DNA from: Camelus ferus | Lineage: Eukaryota | DNA: 64,000 bases | Assembly (NCBI RefSeq): GCF_009834535.1 | Contig: NC_045696.1 | Span: 109,742,001 to 109,806,000, forward strand | Reading direction: 5' to 3' | Part shown: positions 50,050-63,173 of the stretch, in pieces | Layout: every line of letters starts with the position of its first letter | Numbering within the stretch: the first letter of the stretch is position 1 | The notes under the pieces: model-generated | What the model saw: the letters and a program-made list of their open reading frames with translations, nothing else | Told to the model about the DNA's origin: nothing | Database searches by the model: none | Position numbers and translations under genes: made by a program

Positions 50050-52330
50050 TTTATTTAAACTTAACTTTTAATTGACTCACATCAGAAAAGTACAACAAAT
50101 GTGCTGCTAAATAAAACATTAGTGTTAACAGTTGGGAAGCCACAGTACATGTTTGGAAAGGGATCATTGCCAATGTTGTAGAACCTTCCTCATGCCCTTA
50201 CCTGTCACCCCTTCCTCCCCAAAGGTGACACTCCTGACTTCTAACACTAGCTTTATTATGCTTGTTTTTCAAATAGCTAGAATCATATATTCTTTTGAGT
50301 CTATTTTTGTTCGACCTTCATTTGGAAGAGTTGTCCGTGTTGCTGCCTGTAACTATAGTTCACTGATTCTATTACTATATAATAATCCATTGTGTGGATA
50401 TAATGCAGTTTACATATCTGGTTTACCATTGGCGGGCACTTAGGTGGTTGCTATTTTGCTCTTACAAGCATAAGATCCATGCTGTGCAACTGTGAACATT
50501 CTTGTGCATGTCTCTTGGAATATGTGTGCATGCCTTTCTTTTTGGTATATACCTAGAAGTGAAATTGCTGGGTCAGTAGAGACTGACGAGCTGTCCAAAT
50601 GGTTGTACCAGGTTATACTCCCACCAGCAGTGTATTGAGCCCCCAGTTGCCTCATCCTTGCCAAAGAGGTATTATAACTTTTAAAAAAATATTTTACTTG
50701 GACATAATTTCTGACTTAGAAAAAGTTGCAAAATAAAAATAGTACAACGAATACTCATATACCCTTTACTCAGCTATGTAGAGTTTTCATTAATTTCCAG
50801 GTGGAAGGACTTTGTTTCATTTTAATTTCTAGTTTTATTGCATTGTGATCAGTGTTTGTAATAATTCTACTTCACAGAACTTACTGATCTTGTCTTCATA
50901 CCCTGATATATGATCAATTTTTGAGAACATTCCTTGATTTTTGAGATTCCTGGAGAAGAAGGTATATTCTCTATCAGGCTTTTCTCTATCTAAACAAAAG
51001 ATCTGGCTGATTATGTTAGTTAGATCTTTTATATTCTCTTCCTGCTTTTTGTTCATTTAACCCTTCTTATACTAACAGGTATTTTCAAGTTTCCTAATAT
51101 TGCTATGTTTTATTTCTCCTTGAATCTCCTGTGGTTTTTGTTTTCAAAAGATACTTACTGTGTTACTTAGGGCACAGATATTCGTAACTGTTATGTAAAT
51201 TGGAATGTATCTTTTGTCTCATTTAATGCTTTTTGGCTTGAAGTCTACTTTGGTATCAGGATTTAAGTCCCTACTCTCTCATTGTTTTCAGTTATCTGTG
51301 CATTTCTTTATTTTTAGCCTTTTCAGATTGCTGTGTTTTAAGTGGGTCTCCTTTATACAGTGTAGAGATGGGTTTTGCTTTCTGAGCCATTTTGAAATTT
51401 TTTCTTTAAATTAGGCAAGTTTAACCCATTCACATTTAATATGACTTATATTTGGTCTCAGTTCTGGCACATGTTATGTTGTAATTGCTATGTGATTATG
51501 TTTTATATATGTTTATTATGTTTCTTCATTTATTGTGTTTTCTTTGTTTTGGGTTTTGTTTTTCCTTTTAGTATTTAGGAAAGGGTTTGTTTGTTTATTT
51601 TAGTCTCATGGTTACCTTTGTATTAATATTTCTTATAGTGTCCTTAATCCCCCTTCCTCTTTTAACCTTTTATTTGTCAGTTTAAATTATGTCTTGACCC
51701 CTACTTACTGTTTCTATCATGGTCAGTAATCTTACTCTGTGTCCCCCTTTTCTCTCTTCCACTATTTTTAATTGCATTTTTCTACTTTGTCAGAAAATAA
51801 AATGTTTATATATTCTTCAACCCCTGGACCTCACCCTTATTTTAATCTTAACTCTGCATTTAAAGGTACGAAATGCTCGCTGTCTGTCCTTTGTGGAGCT
51901 TCCCTGTCATCTTCTGGTAGGATGAAATTTATCCTCTAGTAGTTTCCTCAGGAAGGGCTTATGTGTACAGGGGTTTATGAGTTCTGCTCATTTAAGACTT
52001 TTACTAAGGCCTTGATTCTTCAGCAGATTGTTTGAATGTACTTTTCTTGGTTTGTGTTTTTTCCCTTGAGTCTCCTGAAAATGCTTCTCTGCTGCTGCCT
52101 TGCTTTCATGTGTATTATTTTTGAAAATTCTCAGGCTAGTCTAGTTATGTTATCTGTAAGTTATTTCATCTTTCTTGCTTGAAGGCTATCTGGATTTTTT
52201 TTTTTAATCTTTGAAGTTTAATTGTTTTACAAGGGTATGTCTAGTTATTGATCATTCTCCATCGGTTTTCCCTAGTATTTGGTGAATTCTTAAATGTTTA
52301 AGAATTTGGATCCTTCTTCAAAATTTTTGA
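50050..52330 (-). mobile_element. Old L1 fragments
   Basis: gtatatacctagaagtgaaattgctgggtca, ctcccaccagcagtgtat, tttattgcattgtgatcag. Confidence 0.7.
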
Positions 52331-52339
52331 TCTGAGAGA

Positions 52340-53150
52340 TTAGAGGAATGGAGCTGCCAGTCAACTGAACTGAACAGAATGCGTTGGGGCCTAAAGTTCA
52401 AGAATTCATATTTTGGACACATGAAGTTTGAGATGTCTGCTAGACATCCAGGTTCTTTTGTCATTTAGGCAGTTACACATAAACCCTGAAGTTTGAGGAA
52501 TGGTCTGGGCAAGAGAAAGAAATTTGGAGATCTGAGTTTGTTGATAATATTTAAAGCCATATGAAAAGAGATGCCAAGAGAGCAGGAGAAGAAGACAGAA
52601 GTGGTCCAAGGAACACCCTGAGGGGCTCACATTTGGAGCCTTAAAAGCCAAGTTAAGAAAGTATTCGAGGAAGGAGTGGTTAACTGTGTCATATGCTGCT
52701 GAAAGATCAAGAAAGGTGAAAACAGAGAATTGACCACTGGAGTTTGCATTGTGGAGGTGACTGTTGATCTTAACTATAAGGATTATGATGACATTGTTGA
52801 GGTGGAAGCCAGTGTGGGTTCATATGGGAATGTAAGAAGAGTTCCAGACATTGAATATAAACAATGCCTTTGAGGAGTCTTACTATAAAGGGGAACCAAG
52901 AAATGGGATGGTAGCTGTAGGGCAAAGTAGAGTCAAAGGAGGCTGTTTCATTTTTAAGGTGGAAGAAGTAACTGTATGCCGATGGGACTAATCCAGTAGA
53001 GATCCACTTGATGATGCAGATGAGGGGGAAGAATTGGTGAGAGGGGTTGGGAGCTAGTGTTTCAATGGAGGAAAGAAGCAGGAGGGAAGCAGTGTTCACG
53101 GCACAGATGCTGAAGGTGGGTAGACGTGGTTTAGGAGTACATGAAGAATC
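52340..53150. mobile_element. L2 fragment
   Basis: ttttggacacatgaagtttgagatgtctgctagacatcca, gagaattgaccactgg motifs. Confidence 0.7.
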
Positions 53151-54290
53151 CTTTTAAATGCTACAGAGAAATTAAAAAAAACTTTAGCAAATTCCTTAAT
53201 TACCATGTTCTTGCCAAAAAAAGATTAAATATCATAAAGATCTAGAAAGGTAGTATAGATTCTGTTAACAATGCAAGCAGAAATGGTATATGAAATCTGA
53301 GAAGAATAATTGAGGGTAGGCACTAGCCCTGCTAATTATTGAAACATCTCCTAAAGCTGCAGTAATTGAAGCAGTGTGTTGTTATCACATGAATAATCAA
53401 ATCAGTGCACAAGATTACACCCCATTCTTCTATATATATAGAAGAAGTGTCATATGATAAAGATGGCATTCAAATCAGACAGCTGGGTAGCCATCTGAGA
53501 AAAGTTAGGATGCAACCTCACACCTTACTCAGAATGAGTTTCAGAGGATCAGGTATTTAAATACAAGAAATGAAGGCATAAAAATTCTAGAACAGGCCAT
53601 GAGAAAGTGAATTTGTTTTTGAAAAATTCCAGTGAGAGGAAAGCCTTTCTAACTATAACATAATACCAAAAGAAATAAAAGATCCATATGAATTTGACAG
53701 CATAAAAAAAGTCTTTACATTTGACTATGCAGATTTTATAAATGTGCAGTGAAAGTATTTGTTTAAAAAAACTTCTCCATGGCAAAAATTTGACAAAATG
53801 GGAACAAATGTGTATATATCACAGTGGTGATAGATACATAAAAATTTATACAAATGTATTTATGAAAGTGGATATTAAAAAAAGACTAATAACCGATTGT
53901 GAAAATGGGTGAAAGGATAGGAAGAGATAGCTGTCACAAAAAAGTTAAATAGAAATATACATACGTAAAGATGTTTAATTTCATTCAGTTTAAGAGGATG
54001 GAAAATTAAAGCAAGGAGATAATTTTTTTAACCCATCAAGTTGGCAAAAAAAAAATCTGGTTACTCACTGTTCTGTCAAGCATGTTGGGGAACACTGATG
54101 CCTTACTCATGAGAATATCAATGTTGGTATACGTTTTGCTTAAATAGTTACTTTTGCTGTTGCCTGTGCAGAGCATCATTATACTGGCAAAAGACTGTTA
54201 ATTTGAATATTCATCAGTTGAGCACTGGTTAAATACCTTCTGCTGCACAGAATACATGGGATACTATGCAGGCGGAAAGAGAATGAGCAC
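53150..54290 (+). mobile_element. Degraded old L1 ORF2 3' part
   Basis: tgataaagatggcatt, gggtagccatctgagaaaa, ctggttaaata...gggatactatgcag. Confidence 0.6.
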
Positions 54291-54718
54291 AGGTCCCTGG
54301 ACAGCAGTGGCCCCCACTCTTAGGGGGTTCTGGGTGGCTTGGAAATAGGAATATATTTTGTGCCTTTGAAGATTTGTCACAATTCGCAGCTCAGTCTGAC
54401 TATTGAACCTTCCTTATAGTTGATGTCTTGCTTATATCCAGCCTTGCTTACTTTTTTCCTTCTGTGTTTTTCGTTTGCTTATTTGTTTTTTTTGTTGTTG
54501 TTGTTGTTATTTATTTTAACTGCAACTTCAACTCTTAAGATGAGACAAATGTAAGCACTGCTGAATATGTAAGCTTGGTAGTCTCTGAACCAGTTTGCTG
54601 GACAGTATGAAATTTTTTTTCTTCTTTGTGTATAGGTACAGATAATATTTCATTCCTTTTGTTGTTTGGGGGAAGGCCAGAGGAGGATAAAGCTATAATC
54701 CAGTTAACTGAGGATTAT

Positions 54719-54851
54719 CCCCCGTCTCCCTTCACCTCTCCTTTTTGTCTTTCCTTATCTATTTACCTCTCTCTCTTCCCTTCTCTCCCCTCTTCTTCTT
54801 TCTCTCCTTTCACCTTCTTATCTCTCTCTCTCTCTCTCCCTCTCCCCCTCC
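54719..54851 (+). repeat. CT-rich low-complexity pyrimidine tract
   Basis: Almost purine-free run upstream of the exon 15 acceptor. Confidence 0.9.
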
Positions 54852-54861
54852 AAACACACAG

Positions 54862-55035
54862 GATGCACTTGCAGCCTTGGAAACTCCAGGAGGTGCCAGC
54901 CAGCAGAAGAGGAAACTGAGTACACCGCTCTCAGAAGTCATTGTCAGAAACCTGAAACTTGCTTTGGCAAATAGTTCTCGAAATGCTGTCGCTCTTTCTG
55001 CCAGCCCTCAGCTGAAGGATGCCCAATCAGAGAAG
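54862..55035 (+). CDS. TOPBP1: TOPBP1 exon 15: DALAALETPG...DAQSEK
   Basis: cacAG / GTAGAA, 174 nt. Confidence 0.93.
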
Positions 55036-55125
55036 GTAGAATTAGATCTCTTATTAAAAGGGAGTTTTAGATAAAACATTTAAACCTATAATGGTTGATC
55101 TGTTTCTTTTCTTTTCCACGGGCAG

Positions 55126-55235
55126 GAAGAAGCTCCGAAGCCCCTTCACAAGGTGATTGTGTGTGTGAGTAAGAAACTCAGTAAGAAGCAGAGTGAACTA
55201 AATGCGATTGCAGCCTCTCTAGGAGCTGACTACAG
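55126..55235 (+). CDS. TOPBP1: TOPBP1 exon 16 (BRCT6 start): [18 protein letters not shown]...LGADY(R)
   Basis: ggcAG / GTATTT, 110 nt, after a 90-nt intron. Confidence 0.93.
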
Positions 55236-58200
55236 GTATTTGCACATTTTCCTCTTTGGTGGTGATATGGCCTAAATTTATAGGGAAACCTTAAGCTGTT
55301 GTGAGGATCTACAAAGAAACTATTTTGGCTTTCACTATGTCATATTATCTACAAAATCTCTCCAATTGACTTTTAATTGACTACGTCCTTTTAAAATACT
55401 CTCTCCCATGTCAATTCACTCTTATATGTGTATTTTTAGGGTATATTTAACAAATATATGAGACCCTATTTTGTGCCACTAAAAATCCTTGTCTTTAGCG
55501 AGTTTACAGTCTAGTAATACATTTGGGTCTGAGAGTAAGCATGTTTTTAACCTTAGTGATTTTCAAATTAGAGCCCTTCTGTGAATAGTACTAAGTCCTG
55601 CAGCACTCCTGAATTTAAATGGTCTTTTTTGAGGATGTTTTAAATTCTGTCATTTTTACTACATTGGAAGCATATATTCTCAGAGCCGCTGTCATTCTGA
55701 CAGCCAAGCCAGAGCTGGGTCTCTAGCACAAATGGCGTCAGTATCAGGCATTGAGAGACGCTTGCCTATTCCAGCCAATCCTGAGCTGACTGTACTTTTC
55801 CATTGTCTGTGGTGCTAGCCTTCTTGATCACTTGTTTTCAGCCATTCATACATAGCATAGTGATTGGTCTTATAAGAAACAGTTGGAGCAATATGATTAG
55901 CTTCATCATAATTCAGTTATCTTTCTGTATGCTAAAGAAATTAGATTAGGAGAATATAAAAATAAAATATATCTGTGACAATTATAAGCATCTTAGTATT
56001 TAATTCATCTGTTGTAGAAGAGTGAAGCTTTCTTACTTTAAACTATGATCTGTATTTATGTATTATTCTATAACATTATCTATAATTATATTACATAATT
56101 ACCTAATGTTATATTTATATTACTTATTACCAGTTGCTAAGCAATTAGTATTAGCCAAGCATTATCTCATTTCATTCTCACAATAGCCGTATGAGGGTAC
56201 ACATATTTGTCAAAGTTGAATGCTTCCTTGGATATTGTTTTTCTATGTGGATTTGATGTGAGACTTAAAAGAAAAATATAAGACTTGTGTTTTTATAAGA
56301 TTTAAAATGCCAGTCCTCTCAGGATAAAAATAAAATACGTTGCTGAAATTCCTAAGTAGGGTTTAACTGGCCAATTGCATTAGAGTTTGTATTAAATGTA
56401 TTCCTGAAGTGGATTTCCGAGACTTGGTAATGAACGAGAGAGAACTCTTTTAATATGTAAAGGTTTCAGTATTTCTGCACTCATGGGGTAGTCAGTTCTC
56501 AAGTGAGGATGTCCCAGGTGTTCTCTTCCATAAGCTAGGACCAGAACGTCCTTTTAAAGAGATCATCTGATGCTGTCTCCTGCCTTCAACATCTAGACAA
56601 GATCTTCTCAACATATCAAAGCAGCATTCCATTTCTATTGCAAATATTTATATGACATTTTTTCTATTAAAACGGATTTCATAAATATAACTTACCTACT
56701 TTTATCATTAAAAAAATAAAAGTAGAAGGCACATAATAATAGAATGTATATTTAGTATGTAAATGTGTGTGCCTGACAACAGTAGAGGAAAACAGAGTAT
56801 TTATATTTTTGCATTCATATGTAAGATCACTTCAGATGCTACAACTATGAGGCTGAAACAGATATGGAGACTCAGATACCACGAGCAGCATTTCTGTTTG
56901 TAATATGATTTTACCAAGAGTTCTTCACATTTGGCAAAGTTTCAAAGTAAGCAGAGTAGTCTTACATCGATTACTCAGTACTTGAATGTCTGGTATATTA
57001 GTGTATATTAAAACTGCAAAACTTATAAACTGTCTTTATATGTAAAACAGGTTCTAGACTCATCTAATTATAAACAACTTTTTTTTTCACCTGTGAGAAT
57101 TTCTTTTGGAACATAGGAAAATCATGTAGGGATATTTGTATGTATGACTGTTGCCCAGAATTTCTAGCAGCCCTAGACATTACAGAATGCTAATAGCACC
57201 CCCAAAATACAAACACAATCACACCACAGATTTCCAAAGTAGTTCCTGAAAGCACTGATCTGTACCAAGGATTGGGCAGATAAGTTTTATTAGAACACAG
57301 TCATGCCTGTTTTCATATTGTCTATGGCTGCTTGCATACAGCAGGACGAGAGTGGAATAGTTGTGAAAGGAATTGTGCTGCAAAGCCTTTTAAGAAAAAA
57401 TTTGCCAACTCCTGATCTGTCTACATCTAATATTGACAACCATTCATAGTCTGTCCTTGAAAGACCTCTGAGGACTAAATCGCATAGTTCCTGTATTCAT
57501 AGTGGAGTTGAATAGTAGTAAACTACAATGATTCAGGCAAAAAATATTCCTCTATTTTTCTGAATTACCTTGATACTTTATTTAAGTTTTATTGTTTTAC
57601 CTCACAGGAGAAGTAGAAACAATTATTAGAAAGACTAACAATTCAGTTAGCAAGGGATTTTTCACTACTGCTTTTAAGGGTACACAGGCAATAGGAAAGA
57701 GAAATGTTTATAATTTAGGAGGAAAAGTCCTCTTAAATATTCCTCCTTATTTGTTTAACTTGGCTATTTAAAAAGTTCAGAGATGTTTCTTATTTAGGAA
57801 ATGGAAAGTATGTTGTATCCATAAAGAGAAATGTCTATTTATTTTGATTATATTTAGAAATACAATTTTTATTTTCTCCTTTGTTTTTACTTGATCTTTT
57901 GAAGGATGACACATCTTGCTTTTTTTAGATTATTTTCCTAGGTCAAGGGAATATTAAATGGGAAGAAATCAGGAGCACAATATAATAGCTAAGAGTGTGG
58001 GTCTTGAAGTCAAAACTGACTTCACTACCGCTTAACTCACTGAATATCCTCGAACATGTTGCTTTAACCATGTCCTTCAGTTTTCTTATCTGTTAAATGG
58101 ATAAAATAATACCAGTGCTTTAGGATTGTTGTGAGGAATGGATGAAATAATCATGTGTAAAGTACATAGTCTATTATGGGGCACAGAGCAAATGTACAGT

Positions 58201-58553
58201 GAACAGTGACAGCCGACAGCTGGTAGGCAGAGTGGGTGCGTTGCCATTTCATTAATTTGAAATACATTTATTGTTACCATAAAGTGATACGACAAAAGAG
58301 AAAACTGAAACAGTTCAGAATAGAATACAGAAGAAAGTAATATTTTAAAGAATATCCTTCTAAACATCTCCTAGTGTTTATATACCTAGAGATATATGTA
58401 TAAAATTTGACAGTGAAATTGGAGCCTGTCATGTAATGTTTTTGCTTACTGTGGTTCTTAAAAGTTTTGTGAAGGTCACAGTAGACAGTAATAGTGATCT
58501 TAAACTAACGTAGATACTTCAGTTATTCAATTTTTTGTATTTGGTTGTTTCAG

Positions 58554-58677
58554 GTGGAGTTTTGATGAGACAGTGACTCATTTCATTTATCAAGGGCGAC
58601 CAAATGACACCAATCGAGAATATAAATCTGTAAAAGAAAGAGGGATACATGTTGTTTCAGAGCACTGGCTTTTAGAA
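58554..58677 (+). CDS. TOPBP1: TOPBP1 exon 17: [14 protein letters not shown]...SEHWLLE
   Basis: tttcAG / GTAAGC, 124 nt. Confidence 0.95.
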
Positions 58678-59277
58678 GTAAGCAGTACTTTTTTCCCTCC
58701 TGTCCATGTTAACTGAAAATGTATACAAACAGTATTTCAAGTCACAAACCCATTTCTCTATATGTAAACAAGTTTGATAACCTTAGTTAAATTGCACATT
58801 TCATTTCTTTGGCATCCAAAATGTAAGATCTTTAATCCTTAAATGCATAAAGAGTCTTTAACGGGTGCTCTTTCTGATTCTCCAGTTCTTTTCACTAATT
58901 AAAAATGATATGAAAGAATACTTTATAATAATTTGGGGAGAATTAGTTTAGCATGCCAATGCAGTTTAGAAATGTTTTTCTTCTTTCCTTTTCTTTTCTT
59001 TCTGAATATTCCCTGGAGTGTGATTGATATGTTGGCAAAAGCATAGAAATAGAATTAGATTTTATACTTTAGTGGCCAGGACACTGAAAAATGAAGACAG
59101 TTTAATTGTTATTTGTATGATGGACTTTTTAAGTGGCAGGTGCTTTTCAAAGCTTTAATTTTGTGAACTTTTGCCACCTTAGAACATAACGTATTGGTTT
59201 TCTTTATCCTACTTAACATCGTTTGTTCGCTAAGATTTTTTTTCAGTCCTGTTTTAAAGCACACCATTGTATTGCAG

Positions 59278-59424
59278 TGTGCCCAAGAGTATAAACATCT
59301 TCCTGAATCTCTTTATCCACATACTTATAACCCCAAAATGAGCTTGGATATCAGTGCAGTGCAAGATGGCAGAGTCTGTAATAATCGACTGCTCTCAGCT
59401 GACTCAACAACAAAGGACGATGAG
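59278..59424 (+). CDS. TOPBP1: TOPBP1 exon 18: CAQEYKHLPESLYP...TKDDE
   Basis: ttgcAG / GTAGAT, 147 nt. Confidence 0.93.
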
Positions 59425-59538
59425 GTAGATACTGTGGATGGCACGTTCACCCCCGCTTTAAGCTGAATGTGTTATATATTGCTGTGAAACCTTATACCAG
59501 GCTTGGTTTGAGAAATTCTCATTTTTCTCCTTCAATAG

Positions 59539-59641
59539 CCAGATGATTTGCCTTTAGAAGAAAATGATGTAGACAGTATGACCACCAATAATAAAGAATC
59601 AGCAACATCAAATGGATATGGAAGGAATGAATGTAAAGGAG
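59539..59641 (+). CDS. TOPBP1: TOPBP1 exon 19: PDDLPLEENDVD...NECKG(A)
   Basis: aatAG / GTAAAA, 103 nt. Confidence 0.9.
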
Positions 59642-60941
59642 GTAAAATATTTTGAATTACCCCCCCCAAATTTTTTATAAATACCTGTCTTTCATATAGA
59701 ATGCTTCCTTTGTATCAGATGGAAGAGTAAACTTATTTTTTATGTTGCTAAATACAATTAAAGCATATATTTAAGGGTTGAATTAAGGTTCCAGTTATTT
59801 AAGTAATACTTGGCAAAGCTTTAAGTGATTTAAGTGTGAAACTTGAAATTTGTGGAACCAGGTGTTTTGCAGAGTTAGTGTGATACAGCCCTAGTCTGTT
59901 AAAGTAGGCGGGGTTGGCAGTTCTTTTCAAAAATTTGTTCTTTGGTTCAGTTCTTTCCAATAGTTTTCAGAAAGTTTTATTGCATGTACAGTATATTTTA
60001 ACATAAGTTCACATGGTTTTAAAGATATGGAAGGAGGTGTGAAGAGTTTCTCCCACCCTTCTGATATTATTTTCCTATGGGTCCTTCTAGAGCTGTTTTA
60101 TGCATACACAGTCATCAACATATATGTTTTCCCCTTCTCCACTTTTTAAAAAATACATAGGTGGTGGATTACTATATATGCTGTTTTATACTTGATCTTG
60201 ATCTTTTTATTTAACAATTCAACTCGTGGAGTGTCATATTAGTATATAAGGAGCTTCTTCAGTCTTCTCCCCTTTTTTGGCCACTGTGTGGTACTCACAG
60301 TATGAATGGTCCCCTTCATTTACCCAGTCCCTTGTTGATGGGCGTGTGGGTTATTTCTAATTTTTTACTGTTATGAAGAGTGCTGCAATGTGTAATCTTA
60401 TACCTATCAGTGTCCTCTTTTTAATGGATTAATATTTTCTAATTTCCTTATTTTTCCTGCCCTAGCAGAGCTCTCCCTATCTTGACTTACCTATTTAGTT
60501 AGTCCCACTCTGTTCATTCCAAAAATGTTCATTTAGTACCTTCTTCAGTTTTTAGTCTATAGGGAAACCAAAGATAAATATGTTGTGGTCTGTAGTTTTG
60601 AGGACCGTAGGGGGAAATCACATACATAAAACGACTGTAATGTACCTCACGGTGTAAGACAGAACATGATAAGGTGAAAAGCAGGCAGGGAACTCTACAA
60701 AAGTTTGATGACTGCAGGTCTTAGCCGAGCGTCTTCGAAGCTGTGCAGTCCTCATAGGGAGGGCTGCCTTCACGTTCTGCAGTTTTTGTAGTCTTAGTAC
60801 GTTACTGTAGCCTACAGCAAGTATTCAGTGAATGTCAAGTTAATAAATCTGTGTTCAGCCAAATCTACACAAAGTAGTTAATGTGAATGAGTGTGACAAA
60901 AAGGAAGAACATACCTTGATTGGTGTGTTTTTGTTTGCAAG

Positions 60942-61134
60942 CTCTGACACAGACCTTGGAGATGAGAGAGAACTTCCAAAAGCAGCTGCAGGAGATAATG
61001 TCTGCAACGTCAATAGTGAAACCCCAAGGGCAGAGGGCTTCGCTTTCAAGAAGTGGTTGTAACAGTGCCTCTTCAACCCCTGACAGCACGCGCTCTGCCC
61101 GCAGCGGACGAAGCCGAGTCCTGGAGGCACTGAG
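60942..61134 (+). CDS. TOPBP1: TOPBP1 exon 20 (ATR-activation domain): [19 protein letters not shown]...SRVLEAL(R)
   Basis: gcaAG / GTATGC, 193 nt, phase-consistent. Confidence 0.93.
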
Positions 61135-61532
61135 GTATGCGCCGGTCACTGGTGGCGGAACAGTTTTTCCTCCTTCCCTCCCTTGTTCCAGGCAGTTGTA
61201 GAATTCTTACTTGGGGACAGGGAGCAGAGGTTTGTTCCATATGAAACACCTGCTTCCAGTGAGGCATGATTAATACATTTTACTACCTCCCCTGAGAAAG
61301 AAATGATTTTAAGATCCAGTTTGCCTTGTTTGAAGTGGATTCCGTGGACAGTCCTGTGTTCTTAGTATTAAATAATATTAATAATAAATACATAATATAT
61401 AAAAATTCAAGCAGTTCTTTCTTATTGGAACTACATGCATTTTGTATTCTCTTTACAAATGTATCTTCTAGGAAAAGTGATTACAGATCTTGGTGTGCTG
61501 TGACTTAACTAAGTTCAGTAGCATAACTTCAT

Positions 61533-61694
61533 TTTTTTTTTTTTTTTTGAGTGAAGGTAGATTTATTCAGAGAGATACATTGAAAGGCAAGAGAAAGGCC
61601 ATGAGGTGTGGGTTGGGTGCTCAGATTAAAAGTAAGTACACCCTCCATAGACAGAATGTGGGCCGTCCCCGAAGAGGGAGAGAGAGGGGCGATC
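61533..61694 (-). mobile_element. Polyadenylated ~160-bp insert resembling an ERV LTR end
   Basis: T17 at 61532-48, AATAAA (minus) at 61562-67, TSD AACTTCAT at 61525-32 and 61695-702. Confidence 0.7.
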
Positions 61695-62339
61695 AACTTC
61701 ATCCTTTATTTCATAGAAAAATCTCTGATTGTGTGATGAGTGTTATACTACTTATATCTTGAACTGATTAATTGAACTATGCATTTATCTTACTTTAACT
61801 CTGTCTTTCATGAGGCCAGTTCTTTATCTGAATACTGAGCAAAAACGGCTTTTTGTTTAATATTCTTCAGATCATGTTTTATCATTAGAGAGAGCCTAAA
61901 TCTTGTACAAAGTCAGAGTAAGTAAATATTCTCTGAGAGTATTTAGGCTGTCTTCCTTGTATTTGAGGCAAATGAACTCCGGGAATATCATCAGATTTGG
62001 CAGATTATTTTTACTAAGAATCCATTGTGTATATACATGGAAATACTCAGTACATACATTGAAGGAAAGTACTTGGGGTTATCTTTACTTCCCAGTGGAG
62101 TTGTTAAAGTTACACCATAAAACACACTTCACTCTAGCTCACTATTGGACTCTGGGAGGTTTGATTACCAGTAGCCACAAGGACCTTCTTTTAAGGCAGC
62201 CTGTAAACATTGTGCTTCCTGTGTACTTATGGTTATTTCAAGTGGTAAGTATACAACTACTGACTGGTAAACAAAGTCACTAGGTTTCCGAACATTACTA
62301 TGTTTCCCTAACCCTATATGGTTAAGAGAAATACCCCCC

Positions 62340-62615
62340 TTTTTTTAAATTGAAATGTAGTTGAGTTACAGTATTGTGATAGTTTCTGGTGTACAGCAAA
62401 GTGATTCAGTTATACATATGTATATTCTTTTTCCTACTCTTTATCATTATAGGTTATTGCAGGGTACTGAATGTAGTTCCCTGTTCTGTACACTAGGACA
62501 TTGTTGTTCATCTATTTTATATACATCACTATTATATATAACAGTGTGTAAATCTGTTAATCCCAAGCTCCTAATTTATCCCTCCCCCACTTTTCACCTT
62601 TGGTGACTGTAAGTT
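62340..62615 (-). mobile_element. L1 3' UTR fragment
   Basis: ttgaaatgtagttg...tttctggtgtacagcaaagtgattcagttatacat; degenerate TSD ttaagag(a/c)aat on both sides. Confidence 0.75.
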
Positions 62616-62952
62616 TAAGAGCAATCCTCTTTTTAAACTCAGCAGTCATTCCACAATTTTTAAAAATTTTTCTTGACAGTAAACTTTCCCCTTTGAAATT
62701 TTAAATATTTGGACATTTAGTCAAAATACGTGTTTTATTTTCTAAGTAAAACAGGTAAGTTTCTGGGAGAAACATTTTAAAAAGAAAAAATTTCCCAAGC
62801 TTTATTTATTCAATAAATGTTTTCAAGTGTTTATTGTGTGCTAGACGGGAGGCATGTAAAAGTGCACCACTAATTTACAGTCGAGCTTAGGGAATTTACA
62901 AGTGTGGATTTTACTATGGCTGTTTGTTAAAACTGTCACTTTCATTTCTTAG

Positions 62953-63173
62953 GCAGTCTCGTCAGACAGTACCTGATGTCAACACAGAGCCCTCCCAAAA
63001 TGAACAGATCATTTGGGACGACCCTACAGCCAGGGAGGAGAGAGCAAGGCTCGCCAGCAATTTGCAGTGGCCTAGTTGTCCCACACAGTACTCTGAGCTT
63101 CAGGTTGACGTCAAACAGTTGGAGGATTCTCCTTTCCAGGAGCCTTTACATGATTCAAAAATTGCTGAACAGG
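62953..63173 (+). CDS. TOPBP1: TOPBP1 exon 21 (ATR-activation domain core): [37 protein letters not shown]...
   Basis: cttAG / GTAATG, 221 nt. Cumulative codon count gives S1138 (62993-95), W1145 (63014-16) and S1159, matching human numbering. Confidence 0.97.
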
